DNA of 63,743 nt, the filler included, from Octopus bimaculoides (taxonomy: Eukaryota), in the NCBI RefSeq assembly GCF_001194135.2. It is 4 parts of 4 records of this genome, joined end to end, with 100 filler letters (N's around TTAATTAATTAA, not from the genome) between each part and the next. Parts side by side here need not be neighbours in the genome. Positions count along the whole stretch, not along the records: positions 25,742 to 43,793 come from NC_068988.1; 3 more parts are not named here. One strand, 5' to 3'. Positions 28,659-42,410 of the stretch are shown piece by piece (the stretch's first letter is position 1; every line of letters starts with the position of its first letter). The notes below the pieces were generated by a model, which worked only from the letters and a program-made list of their open reading frames with translations, did no database searches and was not told the DNA's origin. A program made the position numbers and the translations under genes.

Positions 28659-28958
28659 TTAGCCCATTACCTACCAGTGATCTCATATGAGATCACTTAA
28701 AAATTACAAATTTCGTAATTTTCTGTCAATATTTACACATATCTAACCTTTTTGCTATATCTACTAGGTATATTTCTCTGATATTCAAATGAGGTTTGCT
28801 AATTTTTTACCCAATATCTCGCTTATTTCTATTTAAAATGTTATTTTGAAATGTTATTTTGATCATTCCAGCGTGTTTCTAAGGCTGTTTTATGCTAGAA
28901 ATCAAAGTTTCATAAAAAAAATTCCAGTTAATAAAACTTATGGGAGGTAATGGGTTAA
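28659..28958. mobile_element. piggyBac-type MITE, second family
   Basis: ttagcccattacctacca ... tgggaggtaatgggttaa: 18-bp TIR with 2 mismatches and CCC/GGG-TTAA type ends; 300 bp. Confidence 0.7.
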
Positions 28959-29278
28959 TGAGGGCCAAATTATCAAATGCCTTCACCTTTTTTTAAGATG
29001 GTAATGTAAAGCTTAAGGAAGATCAGGCTGATATATCTAACAGGTTGAGCAACCATATTGGCTAAGAAAAATGAAGTACTCTATGACAGCATTTCAGCAT
29101 GTCCTCTTCTACAAAATTCAGATCAAAGAGTGGTAACCAATGATGCATTTAAAAAATATTGTTGGTTTTTACAGTATCTCCTAAAGAGGGTTGAACCAGT
29201 AACTCAGTAGCATTTTTTAAATTTTTTTAAAATTTTATATACATGATATTATATGGAATTTATTCCTATCCTGTAGAT

Positions 29279-29499
29279 TGACAGCGGGTGCTGAAAAGTT
29301 CCTAGCTTTAAGAGTATCGCAAAAAGCCTGGTTGGAGGCCCAACATTCCAAGTTCTTTCACAGGGCTTAGAAAAACTGAGGGACCACTACAATACATGTG
29401 TGGATCTGAGAGGGATATATGTTCAATAAAAACATAATTGATCGATCCTCCTGTATTTTCTTTTATCCAAAGCCAGGAACTTTTCAACACCCCCTCGTG
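29279..29499 (+). mobile_element. Mariner-derived MITE, copy 2
   Basis: TIRs gggtgctgaaaagttcctagcttt / aaagccaggaacttttcaacaccccctcgt. The interior translates GLEKLRDHYNTCVDLRGIYVQ*, a mariner C-terminal motif. Confidence 0.82.
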
Positions 29500-29996
29500 C
29501 ATGTGGTCAAATGTATTTGAGCATAGAATAAGATTAGGTCAAAGCTGAAATCATACTATCAATGTTATATGAGGTTTCAGGCCAAAATTCCAGTTATCAA
29601 CAGAAATAAACATTCTGAAACCAATATAAAAAACGGGACTCATTAGGAAAATTATCATAAATGCACTGAAGTCAAGATATATAGCTATCATCCAATACAG
29701 AGGGGGCTTCTTTAGTTTCACATTTAATATTTTAGGAAATTATAACCCTGAATTACATTTTTAATGAAAATTGAAGTACAATTATAATGAAATTTTGAAT
29801 GAAATGCTTGGTGAGTACTGCTTGAACCCATTGTTAAGATTTATTCGTGCTTCAAACACTACACCCTTGTGGGAAGAAAAAAACAAAACAAAATTGAAAG
29901 CTTGGACAAGCTCTAAAAATATTTGTTTTGAACATTATTGTATCCAAACAATTATGTCTGGTAGTTGCTGTTGAATTATTAACATTCAGTTAAAAT

Positions 29997-30065
<69 letters not shown>

Positions 30066-30447
30066 NNNNNNNNNNNNNNNNNNNNNNNNNNNNNNNNNNN
30101 NNNNNNNNNNNNNNNNNNNNNNNNNNNNNNNNNNNNNNNNNNNNNNNNNNNNNNNNNNNNNNNNNNNNNNNNNNNNNNNNNNNNNNNNNNNNNNNNNNNN
30201 NNNNNNNNNNNNNNNNNNNNNNNNNNNNNNNNNNNNNNNNNNNNNNNNNNNNNNNNNNNNNNNNNNNNNNNNNNNNNNNNNNNNNNNNNNNNNNNNNNNN
30301 NNNNNNNNNNNNNNNNNNNNNNNNNNNNNNNNNNNNNNNNNNNNNNNNNNNNNNNNNNNNNNNNNNNNNNNNNNNNNNNNNNNNNNNNNNNNNNNNNNNN
30401 NNNNNNNNNNNNNNNNNNNNNNNNNNNNNNNNNNNNNNNNNNNNNNN

Positions 30448-30482
<35 letters not shown>

Positions 30483-30504
30483 TCATTGTCATTTCAAATC
30501 TGCT

Positions 30505-30712
30505 TTTCCATGCTCACATGTAGCAGAGGGAATTTGTTGAGGCAAATATTATACAGCTGGATGCTCTTCCTGTCACCAACCATCACCTGCTTTCAAGTAA
30601 GGTAATATTTTCCCATGACAAGACATGTTTTCAGAGAAGATTGAAAATGAAAACACTGCTTGCAAAGATGGTGACACCTGTTTACAACTATCACATGATG
30701 TCAATAGTGCAT

Positions 30713-30715
<3 letters not shown>
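30505..30715. mobile_element. Dispersed retroposon-tail fragment (RTE-like)
   Basis: cttttccatgct...gctggatgctcttcctgtcaccaac motif. A related decayed copy lies at about 62840-62940. Confidence 0.45.
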
Positions 30716-30751
<36 letters not shown>

Positions 30752-31446
30752 ACAGACTTTTTTCAGTTTCAGTCAACCAAATCCATTCACAACACTTTGG
30801 TCAGACTGAGATTGTAGCACAAAACACTTGCCAAAGGTGCCATGCAGTGGAACAGAACTCAAAGCCATGTAGTTGGGGCCTTAACCTTAGATAAGGTGAA
30901 AATGAACAATTTTTATTTTTTCTATATTATTTACTTAGACGTTATAAGATTAATATAATAGGTTTCAAAATATTGAATTGTGTTAAAGAACATCTATTTT
31001 TGGCCTACACCATCATATGAATTTAGTTCCACAATTGCAACTGTCACTAAATATTAATATATTACCAAATGAAATCTTTTCTCTTAAAGATTACATATGA
31101 TATTGAGTTGTTATTGAATTATAACATCAATAACTATCGTACAGAAACAATATTTTAGATGGTTTATAATAAGTATATATTACTACAGTGTAGCAAATAA
31201 CCTAATTTGTATGTTATAACAAAAACTATATTTCTATCATATAGCAATATAGAAGGATGTAATAAATATATCACTATAATGGTAACACAAAATACAGCCG
31301 TCTCTCTTTCATATAGTGATAGCTACCTTACTATGGTACCAGAGAGGCCATCTCATAAAGACAGAGCAATGACCATCACAAACTGGCACAATGGCATGGC
31401 AATGAACATATCACAATGGTACTGCAATATATACGTCACTATGATA

Positions 31447-31790
31447 TGCACATGGCTCAGAGGTTAGAATGTCATGCTTACGATCATGAGGTTGTGAGTT
31501 CAATTCCTGGACTGGGCTGCGTGTTGTGTTCTTGAGCAAGACACTTTATTTCACGTTGCTCCAGTTCACTCAGCTGTAGAAATGAGTTGCGACGTCACTG
31601 GTGCCAAGCTGTATCGGTCTTTGCCTTTCCCTTGGATAACATTGGTGGCACGGAGAGAAAAGGCTGGTATGCATGGACGACTGCTGGTCTTCCATAAAGA
31701 CAACCCTAGGTTGTGTGCGTTCCAAGATGGGAACCGCTTAAGTTCACCCATGGATATTCGTGACCGACTGAGTCGAGAGATGATATGCTG
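31447..31790 (+). mobile_element. SINE family C (tRNA head plus CORE-like segment)
   Basis: tggctcagaggttag...gagttcaattcc...tgtgttcttgagcaagacactttatttcac (CORE-like). Homologous to 63173-63442. Confidence 0.85.
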
Positions 31791-32241
31791 ATTACCATAT
31801 ATATACATAGGAATATGGTTATAAGGATAAAAACAAAGATATTACCTGATAATACAATAACCACAAAGCAAGGTAAATTTAATACTCAATTACTGTGGGA
31901 TATTGAGTATTAAATGTGAATTCTAATATCTTACAAACAACCTAACAACTCAAGGGCAAAGATGAAGACACTTTATATACATTACAAACAATATGGCTGT
32001 GCAACATATGGTTAACCTGATACAAAGCATATATCCACACAACATTATGACAACTATGTACCAAAGGAATAGCCATAGCAATATAACTGTGGGTTAATAA
32101 ATGTGACCTTTCATAACAATAGAAATAGCCCAATAACTCAGGGCTGAGATAAGAGTCGCTTGTTTCTGACAGCATAAGAATCAGTTATCACAAATGATTG
32201 AAATAATTAAATTTCACCAATCGGTACAGCTGTGTGCCTGC

Positions 32242-32294
<53 letters not shown>

Positions 32295-32402
32295 GGAGGG
32301 AGAAAGGGCAACAGTGTATGCCTGTTGTTCTCAAACCAACCTCGTTATTTTCTATTGCTGCTGTTGTCGTAACTATGATGAGATTGTTTCTGATTTTTTA
32401 TT

Positions 32403-32435
<33 letters not shown>

Positions 32436-33705
32436 GTACTAGAGAAAAACAACAAAAATAACCCCTGAGGCAAGCAGTCCATACAGCACAAATGCGTATA
32501 CCGTGCAGGGACATAAACTCATACCAACCTAATGTGATAACAACATGCACACACACACACCAATAGACAGACAGACAGACAGATCCATGTACATGATATA
32601 CTGCCCCACCACCAGCCTGACATTCTCACACTTACCTCTCCATATTCACACACACACAATTTATTTATTATTTTATCATTATTGGTATTTATTATTTTTA
32701 TCCTTATTGTATATGTTCATATATATTATTTTATTTTTATTTTACCACCAGTACTACTACTACTACACATAAACACACTTCTGCATATATCATACACCAA
32801 AACACACACACACACACACACAAACATGTTCACAACACATTGCCCCACCCTCAGTATTAACACACATGTCCATATGCATGTACAAGCAAAAACATAACCT
32901 GGCACCACCAATATCAACAACCACACGCACTTATATCTTACCAACCAATAATATAATACAATGCACTATTGACATACACACACACAGTGTACAAGATATC
33001 CCATCATTACCAACATTGATATTAAACACACACATGTACACACACATGTACACACACATACACGCAGACACTGTACAAGGCATATCCCAAAAGCAGGAGA
33101 GTGGCACTGATATAAACACGCATACACACAAGTACAAGCCTTATTTCACAACTACTACCACCAATATTTTGCACACACACACATAACAGACCAATGTACT
33201 GAAGCTTCTATAACAAAAACAGAATGATTAGCACAGTTGTTACTGGGTGACTAATATAGCAAGAGAGCCAGCTGACAATGGAGAAAGAGAGAGAGTAATT
33301 GAAAGGAGGAGGAGAGAGAGAGAGAGATAGAGAACAACTATATCTCTGCTTGCTATATAGCAATGGCTGGCAAATTGAAGGCCTGTGTTCCCTGGACAGA
33401 AAGAAAAAGCTGGCTTAACCAGTTAGGTGATCCAACAAGCAGTCAGACAGATCCATGAAAACTAATGAACATGACCTGTGTGTTGCTAGTCAAAACTGCG
33501 ATAAGCAGGGAGTTCAGATATTCATCAGCTTCGAAAAAAAAAAAAGAAAAAAAAAAGAAAGAAAGAAACTATCACACAATGCAGAGTGGGAGGGTGTGTC
33601 ACTCCACAGTTGCATAACTTATTAGAAATAGCAGCTTTGACTTCTGCTTAGAACTGCATTTAAAAAAAAAAAGGAAGAACTAATTGAATAATGTAGCCCT
33701 TCATA

Positions 33706-33754
33706 AAACACATCTGAAAAACACATCTGAAACACATCTGAAACACATCTGAAA
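33706..33754. repeat. 11-bp tandem repeat aaacacatctg x4
   Basis: Directly visible. Confidence 0.9.
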
Positions 33755-34252
33755 AATTATGGGATATTCCTAGCTGAAATGCTTCCGTTATAGTTCAATG
33801 ACCTTGATCACAGATCTGCTGGTTCAAGCCTGACCTGGAGTTAAACAACTACAACAACAACAGCAACAAGGATTATTCTATCGGAATTGGGTGACAATAA
33901 TCGACATTAAATACCAGTTAATCGGCCATTCCTTAAGATAAAGAAAACTTTTGTCAAACACTTCAACAGCCGTATACAAAGATGATATTAGCTGAGTGTG
34001 TGGAGTTTATCAAACAGACAGCAGCACAGGATGTAGCAGCAGAAGGATATCCAGGAATCATGACATGGATGTGACCCGGGACCCCTTACAGTGGTACGGT
34101 GTTATGGGTTGGAACAGTTGTATGAGGTCGAGGCTTCTTCCTTGAAGACCTTCTGCTCTTCAGCTCTCCCTAGAATGTCTTACTATATATATACATGTGT
34201 GTGTGTATGTGTGTGCGTGCATACATACACATTTGTATATAAATCTATATAC

Positions 34253-34284
<32 letters not shown>

Positions 34285-34462
34285 NNNNNNNNNNNNNNNN
34301 NNNNNNNNNNNNNNNNNNNNNNNNNNNNNNNNNNNNNNNNNNNNNNNNNNNNNNNNNNNNNNNNNNNNNNNNNNNNNNNNNNNNNNNNNNNNNNNNNNNN
34401 NNNNNNNNNNNNNNNNNNNNNNNNNNNNNNNNNNTATATATATGCACACATATATATGCACG

Positions 34463-34497
<35 letters not shown>

Positions 34498-35099
34498 GCA
34501 CACACATATAGACATGCATATATACATGTATATACACACATGCACATAAAAACATGTATACATACACATATACATTTACACACACAAATTCTGATGACCA
34601 TATGTTAATCATTTCCAAATATTTAATGACTTTGGACTCAAATTATATAAATAAAAAAATGATTTACTTACTGTTATAAATAATATGAAAACATTAATTA
34701 GCTAATGCATCAACTGATAATATCAATAAAGCCAGAAAATTAACAGCATTTTAAGAACACTTTAGGTAAAACCTATTTGAATACTATATTCCATGTAAGT
34801 AGGACAAACTATTTATAACATTCATATAATCTATTTATATCTTCCTAAAGTATTTATATCTTATGATCTGTTGTGATGGGTAAATGAAAAAGCTGAAGTT
34901 GGCTGTTCAATAACTGCTGCTCGCTATATTACAAACATTTTCAGTGAAATTGGCAGCTATTCTGACCATCCCGAAACAGGGCAGCCGTTACTGATAGGAT
35001 AAACCAATAAATATTCCATTTGGCAATGAGGTTGAGGAAAATGACTGCCGTTGACATTTCGAATAATTTTCAAAAGAAAAAGCATATGCAAACTGGTGG

Positions 35100-35265
35100 T
35101 CACTACCATAGAAAAAATTGCCTAAAGTAATTTGGGATGATGGGATGTGTAGTGCATAAAAAAAATATGTAGTTGACAATGGAAATTCAACACGCTTGCA
35201 TTCACTTTGCTCAAGAGCATAAGGATTGGATGCCATCAAAGTGGTCAGGTGAAAATTTAATTTGT
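35100..35265 (+). mobile_element. Possible Tc1/Tc3-like transposase relic
   Basis: FAQEHKDWMPSKWSGEN resembles the Tc1-family RLxFAxxHxxW...WSDE segment. Very short and degraded. Confidence 0.3.
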
Positions 35266-35323
35266 TAGGCTTTGATGGCTAAGTGTATGTCTGATATCAT
35301 ACACGAGAATAATCTCACCTGGA

Positions 35324-35415
<92 letters not shown>

Positions 35416-35449
35416 GCATGCATGTATGTATGTATATATCCATGTAAGT

Positions 35450-35650
35450 GTGTCTTTGTGTGTGTGTTTGTCCGCCCCATCACCACTTGATAACCGGTGT
35501 TGGTGTGTTTAAATCCCTGTAACTTAGTGGTTTGACAAAAAGGGACCAAGAGAATAAGTATTGGGGTCAATTCTTTCATCTAAAAACCCTTGAAGGTGGT
35601 GCTCCAGCATGGCTGCAGTCAAATGACTGAAACAAGTAAAAGGATAAAAG
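35450..35650 (+). mobile_element. SINE family B tail
   Basis: ccccatcaccacttgataaccggtgttggtgtgttt...ggtgctccagcatggctgcagtcaaatgactgaaacaagtaaaag. Confidence 0.8.
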
Positions 35651-35771
35651 AATCAAATAGTCATAGATTGCATGATGTTCATTTTTCTGATGCTATTGAT
35701 ACTGTGAATAATTACATTAGGCTAATTTAAAAAGTTTAAACTTAAAAGAGTAAAAAATTTCTGTATGCAAT

Positions 35772-36180
35772 AGGTGCAGGTAAAGGCGATGTGGTTGAGA
35801 AACCTGCTTTATGACCACAAGGTTTCAAGTTCAGTCCCCCTGCACAGCACCTCAGGCAAGTGTCTTCTATTATAGCCCTTGGCTCAAGGCTAACCAATGC
35901 CTTGTGAGTGAACTTGATAAAACGAAACTGTATTGAAGCCCATCATATGTATATATATATACAAGTATTTTTGAGTCTGCCCCTCAACACCACTGCTTGA
36001 AAACCAGTGTTGGTTTGTTTACATCCCTGTAAGTTAGCAGTTTGGCAAAGGAGACCAATAAAATAAATACCAGATTTTTTTAAAATTAAGTAATAGGGTT
36101 AGTTTGTTCAACTAAAATCTTCAAGAGTGGACATCAGCATGGCCGTAGCCCAACGACTGAAACTAGTATGAGACAAAAGA
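35772..36180 (+). mobile_element. SINE family B (composite: tRNA/CORE-like head, internal microsatellite, conserved tail)
   Basis: Head gttcagtccccctgcacagcacctcaggcaagtgtcttct, short (TA)n, tail cagcatggccgtag...gactgaaac. Confidence 0.75.
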
Positions 36181-36677
36181 TGTAGTTTGAACCATAAGTC
36201 ATAAAATAAGGTGAAATAATTTACATTTAATCACCTACTTGTGCCAGTGTGTGTGTGTGTGTGTGTATGTGTGCATGTATTATTATCAAGCAAGAAAATG
36301 AAAGTAATGGGAAATCATTTTTAGCTACAATATAATAAGTATTTATTCTATTTGATGTATTCAGTATTCTTTAGCTTGCTTTTAAAAAAAAATGCTCACA
36401 TGTAAGTGTGTGTGTGTGTATATGCATATGTCAATCAGAATACAACTTGACCTCACAATAGCGAACTATGCAATCTAGATAACAGTTGACCTGTTCACCA
36501 CAATTTGACATACTGAAGCATTTCAAACCAAATGAAGAAGATTGTATATAATCTACGGAGATATTTGATAGAGCAAAATTTACAACAATCTTTTATCTAT
36601 GGCAATTGCATTTTGCCTGAAATAGAGCCAACTGGCCTTAAACAATAACAACATGAACAATGAGTCAATCAGGAAGT

Positions 36678-36913
36678 TTCTTATTTCTTTATTGCCCACA
36701 AGGGGCTAAACATAGAGGGGTCAAACAAGGACAGATAAAAAGATTAAGTCAATTACATTGACCCTGAGTGCGTAACTGGTACTTAATTTATCGACCCCGA
36801 AAGGATGAAAGGCAAAGTCAACCTTGGCAGAATTTGAACTCAGAACATAACAGCAGATGAAATACTGCTAAGCATTTCACCCGGCGGGGTAACGTTTCTG
36901 CCAGCTCACCGCC
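36678..36913 (-). mobile_element. SINE family A, full-length
   Basis: Reverse complement of the 43905 copy. Duplicated atcaggaagt at 36668-36677 and 36918-36927. Confidence 0.9.
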
Positions 36914-37035
36914 ATCTATCAGGAAGTCTCTATATATTTGCTCAGCCTACAAGAAACAGCAGTAAAACCCCTTCAGTGCAGAGTGCATAGATCAAAAAGA
37001 CAGCATGCATTAACACTGCAGTCATATCTATGATA

Positions 37036-37186
37036 GGCTTCTTTCAGTTTTCATCTCCCAAATCCACTCATAAGGCTTTGGTTGGCCTGGAGTTACAGTA
37101 AAGGTCATTGCCCAAGGTGTCATACAGTGGGACTGAACCTAAAACTACATACTTGCGAAGCAAACTTCTCAATACATAGCTATGCC
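37036..37186 (-). mobile_element. SINE family B head
   Basis: ttgcccaaggtgtcatacagtgggactgaacc and ggcttctttcagttt. A similar head lies at about 30759-30890. Confidence 0.7.
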
Positions 37187-37614
37187 CTCCCCCCCATACA
37201 CACACATAAACTGAAGATGGAGGATCATAACTAGAATGCCCAAGATCAATGTTTCTCCTAAAAGGAGACACCCCATCCCTCCACCCTAAAGAGGAGATAT
37301 GTGAGGATTAAATTTAGAAAGGTAGGGACAATGTTGGAATGTTTACACCTCAGTTCTGCCATGATGGCATAATAAAAATTTTAGTCACCTCTTAATTGTC
37401 TTTATACTTACTTTGTGTTTCCATTGATATAAAATTATAATAATAAATAAAGGCAAATATTAAAAATCAAATGTGAAATAATTAAATATTACTTCAAATG
37501 AAAACTTTTTTTTTTTTGTTTTACTTTTCTTCATGTTGTGAAATGTTCCATTTCTCTCTGTTCCCTGGACAAGTCCATACCGAACTCAATGGTGACTAGA
37601 TCTCTCTATAAAAA

Positions 37615-38222
37615 CCTGTATGGTAAGAAGTCTGTTTCTCAAACACATGGTTCTGGGTTCAGTCCCACTGCATGGCACCCTGGGTAAGTGTCATCTACTG
37701 TAGATTTGGCAGGCAGAAACTGAAAGGCGGCAGCAAGCTGGCAGAAACGTTAGCAAGCCAAAATGCTTTGCAGTATTTCGTCTGCCATCACGTTCTGAGT
37801 TCAAATTCCGCAGAGGTCGACTTTACCTTTCATCCTTTCGGGGTCGATAAATTAAGTACCAGTTATGTACTGGGAATGATGTAATCGACTTAATCCCTTT
37901 GTCTGTCCTCGTTTATCCCCTCTATGTTTAGCCCCTTGTGGGCAATAAAAAAATAAGAAACTGAAAGAAGCCCATCATACATGTAATATATAAATATGTT
38001 TGTGTCTTTATGTTTATGTTTGTTCCCTATCAACGTTTGACAACTAGTGCTGGTGTGTTTACAGGTCTGTAACTTAGTGGTTCAGCAAAAAGAGACCAAT
38101 AGAATAAGTATCAGGCTTTAAAAAAATAAGTACTGGGGTTGATTTGTTGAACTGAAATTCTTCAAGATGGTACCCCAGGATGGCTGCAGTCTAATGACTG
38201 AAACGAGCAGAAGATAAAAGAT
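37615..38222 (+). mobile_element. SINE family B interrupted by a family A SINE
   Basis: Head gggttcagtcccactgcatggcaccctgggtaagtgtc. Resumes after the TSD as aagaagcccatc...gctggtgtgtttac...cccaggatggctgcagtctaatgactgaaac. Confidence 0.8.
37727..37955 (+). mobile_element. SINE family A copy nested inside a family B SINE
   Basis: Homologous to 43905-44134. Flanked by a 12-bp duplication agaaactgaaag at 37715-37726 and 37956-37967. Confidence 0.9.
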
Positions 38223-39087
38223 ATCCAAAATATCTCTGGTAAAATAGTTATTCAGAAGAAAGGGCTTTGATTTATACAATGAATAAAGATTTAACATTGA
38301 TTTTTTTTTTTACTGAAAAATCTACCTCAACTGATATACTACATGAACTTGCATGCCGGAAAATACAGTGTGTAATTTTAGCTGTAATGTCTGAATAAAA
38401 GACAGGCTGGATGGGCACAGCAAGAATGTCTTTGATCAACACACTGACTTGGGACTAAATAAACAAAAACATACAACTATATGTAAATAAAAACAGCAGC
38501 TGTGATTCAAATGGTAAACATGACTACAAAAATAAAAGACATTGCTGATTTTATGCTTCAGATTCAAAAAGAAAAGAGAAGAATGAAATGCTGTGGCATT
38601 ATTCATGCCTTTCCAAAAGACAACAGTGATATACAGACAGAAGCAGTATCATATAAATACAACTATCCAATGTTGGGTTCATCCTTGTGTGTTTATTTGT
38701 TCAGTAATTTTAACCCCAAAGAAAGACAGACAAGAGACATAAAGGGGAAGAGCAGACAAGAGGAAGAAGACATTGAGAATCTTAAGGTGAAGACAGAAAG
38801 AAAACATATTTTCCTTCCAACAGAGAACTACGTTCAGTAAATTGAAATAAGGGGTGCAAGCTATTTTGTTTATTTATTTTTTGAAACAACAGATATATTT
38901 TTGTGTAGGGACTGGTGGAGACAGGGGTAATATGGAAGAGCATGCAGCACCATAGCAACTATTGTATAGGGTTTTTTTTATGAAAGTAATGAAGAGAGGG
39001 GATGCTTGAAGATTCTATAAATAGCATACACATGCATTAAGATGTATGTAGTAGAACTAGGGCTGTCTTTGTTGGAAAGACAGACAG

Positions 39088-39120
<33 letters not shown>

Positions 39121-39504
39121 CACACACACACACATGCAAATACATACATATATACATATGCATCCAAACCTACATAGACACACAAGCAGCAACAGCAGCA
39201 GCAGATGTCTGAGGAAACAGCACTACTGTAATATCAAACACTTATCTAATTCTGTATAGCCTCCTCCATCCATCCTTCCATCCTGTGGCACTCACACAAG
39301 CCACCTTTATTCTCGGAAATTTCCTCTGTTGGTAAATCGACATGTTTGGCTGTTTTTATTGTTGTTGACTAATATTATTTGCTGCTTTTTTGTTGTCTTT
39401 TTACAACAATTATCTTTCATTGCCAGTAAAATGTGAGTAGCTGGCAATGGAACTCAAATCAATAAAACAAGTGACAAATGGGTTCGGTTGTGTGAGTGTG
39501 TATA

Positions 39505-39544
<40 letters not shown>

Positions 39545-40718
39545 TATATATAACGTTGACCACTAACGTGGACAATCAATGTGCTAGAAATAGATCACAT
39601 CTTGTGTCTATTAAGACCTATCGATATTAATTAATATATGATTAATTACCATATTTTATAATTATNNNNNNNNNNNNNNNNNNNNNNNNNNNNNNNNNNN
39701 NNNNNNNNNNNNNNNNNNNNNNNNNNNNNNNNNNNNNNNNNNNNNNNNNNNNNNNNNNNGTATATATAGTTTTGTTCTTTTATTTCTTTTTGCATTATTT
39801 GTTTTTGATATTTTTGTTTATCGCAAGAAGATCTCGGTACTAAAAGAACAATCCAAGCAGGCACTCAATCATACATAAATAAAATAGTATTTAGATAAAG
39901 AGCAGCAAGCGCCAATTGCAAACACATACAATCAGGTTTCCCTTTGCAGTCGAGACAGGCATCCACAGTAGCAGCATGGCTGTTTAACATCAACAGACAT
40001 GGATGGGGATATATGCAGCTGAGAGAGAGAGAGATGGAACCGGTATTTAAATGTGAATAAATACTAAATATATACTATATATATTAATATATATTAAACA
40101 TGCAAAATTACACTTGTTCTGTATAATTTATTGGAATATCTTAAAAATTATATGATATTCAGTACTTTAGAATTTTTTTTTTAAATATACATGAATTAAA
40201 TATCTGATGTAAATTGGAAATTTCAATTCAGATATGCAGAGAAAATGGTTTTAAAGTATGGGCAACATAAAAAGAAATAGGAAGAAAAACTATTTATTCA
40301 AGAAAATTTTATGCTAAATATTACAAGCCTCGTTGCTATGCTTCATCTGATATCAATTTTTGCACAATTTTAAACTGTTACAACGATTACAATTGATAAC
40401 TTTATTATAAATGTCTGACAGATTATATGTGCAGCAAAATATGAAGAGCTGGATTAAAAGATATTATGTTAAGATTTCCTTCCAAATGCCAAGCAACCAC
40501 ATATAATATCTTAGAATAATATAGAAGTTATAAAAGATAGTTATCAAAGTAGGAGAGTCGGTTGGATAAGTAATCAAAGTTAAGAGTGTGTAGTATCACA
40601 AACCACTGTGCTGCCAGGTACAGGTACCAGAAGTTTTGAGAAAGTTACCGGCAAGAGACAAGCACCCTGTCACAGATGAAACATGTCTCTCGTCCTCATG
40701 ACATCTTAGAAGCTGCTG

Positions 40719-40947
40719 TTAAACCTTTAGCATTGAGATTATTCTTTTAAACGTAACGCTCATTTATTAACATTCTCTTGAATTAATCATCCATTATGTT
40801 GTAGTTTTGAGATTCCAATGATGTTATTTGTTTACATTTAGTATGATATTGTAGGGTTGGTGTAAGAGACCAGATAAGGGCTGTTTGAGCATTAAACAAC
40901 TAGAATATTTTGGCTTGATATAGCTGGTTTAAATGTTAAAGGGTTAA
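40719..40947. mobile_element. piggyBac-type MITE with TTAA ends
   Basis: TTAA-ACCTTTAGCATT ... AATGTTAAAGGG-TTAA; 229 bp, non-coding interior. Confidence 0.75.
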
Positions 40948-41519
40948 ACTACTGGCCAGGAAATTATTATACTTTAAAGAACAGTCTCTTGTGCCACCAA
41001 AATTAATTCCTGTTGTGGTTTAACCCCAGGTCAATCTGACTACACAAAGCCATTCCAGTATGATCATTCTGTTTTTTGAGCTGTGATCAATTGCTTTTTA
41101 TTCAGTCATATTGTATCTAGGACTACATTTTCCAAAACATCCTTCCCTTTGTTAAAGACTACAATGAAATATGGTTGCTATATCCAGCAGATCAAGCAAC
41201 TATAGAGAATTTCCTTTAGTGGAAACATTAGTAAAATAATTATAAGTTAATGTATTGGATTTCAAAACTAAATGGAAATTAATAGAAAAATATTGATGTA
41301 AAACTCACTTCTTTCTTCAAAGATAAAAACAAGAGATGTATCTAAAATGACTGAGAAGCCGAGGGTTTTTTTTTTTTTTTGTTTTGTTTTGTTTTGTTTT
41401 TTCGTGGTTCAATGAAGAGAAATATGAAGATATGATATATCAATGGACGGAGAGAGAAAGAGATGGTATGAAGATTCAGATAATATCAATTTCTCCTGTT
41501 AATCACTGAAATGATCTTA

Positions 41520-41552
<33 letters not shown>

Positions 41553-41698
41553 CAGTCCACTTTTACCATGGACATCAAAACATACATCACATCTAAACAC
41601 CAGTAGGGCAGACACAGTTGAAATTCTGTAGCATCAGTGACCAGCTCAATAGGAAGGCCTGTTGCTCGTTTTTGATCTGAGACTGGTGCTTTGAAATA

Positions 41699-41858
41699 TC
41701 TTCTATCTTTTACTTGTTTCAGTCATTTGACTGCAGCCATGCTGAGGGCACTACCTTGATTCCAATATTTATAAAGCCTGTTACTTATTTTACTGGTCCT
41801 TTTAGCTGAAATGCTAAGTTACAGGGATGTAAACAAACCAACATCAGACATCAAGCAT
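41699..41858 (-). mobile_element. SINE family B tail
   Basis: cttttacttgtttcagtcatttgactgcagccatgctg...gctaagttacagggatgtaaac. Confidence 0.78.
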
Positions 41859-42371
41859 TATATATATATATATATATATATANNNNNNNNNNNNNNNNNN
41901 NNNNNNNNNNNNNNNNNNNNNNNNNNNNNNNNNNNNNNNNNNNNNNNNNNNNNNNNNNNNNNNNNNNNNNNNNNNNNNNNNNNNNNNNNNNNNNNNNNNN
42001 NNNNNNNNNNNNNNNNNNNNNNNNNNNNNNNNNNNNNNNNNNNNNNNNNNNNNNNNNNNNNNNNNNNNNNNNNNNNNNNNNNNNNNNNNNNNNNNNNNNN
42101 TGAACATAGAATCATGTAGTTGCAAAGCAAGGTTCTTAGCCACACAGCTAATATTATTTACATCAATATCTTAGCAGTTAATTTAAAATCCATCAATAAC
42201 AGTTTCAAAAGTTCTGCTTGAGTAAGCTTTTTAATATAGAGCAGCATATTTGTTTTGCTACCTCGGTTAGAAATCCTCATCCAGTAGAAGAGGAGGGGGA
42301 AACTTTCCTTACACATTTTCTGTGCAATCAAATGTAATCTTGTCTTAGAGAGAGAGGGGGGGAAGAGAATG

Positions 42372-42410
<39 letters not shown>

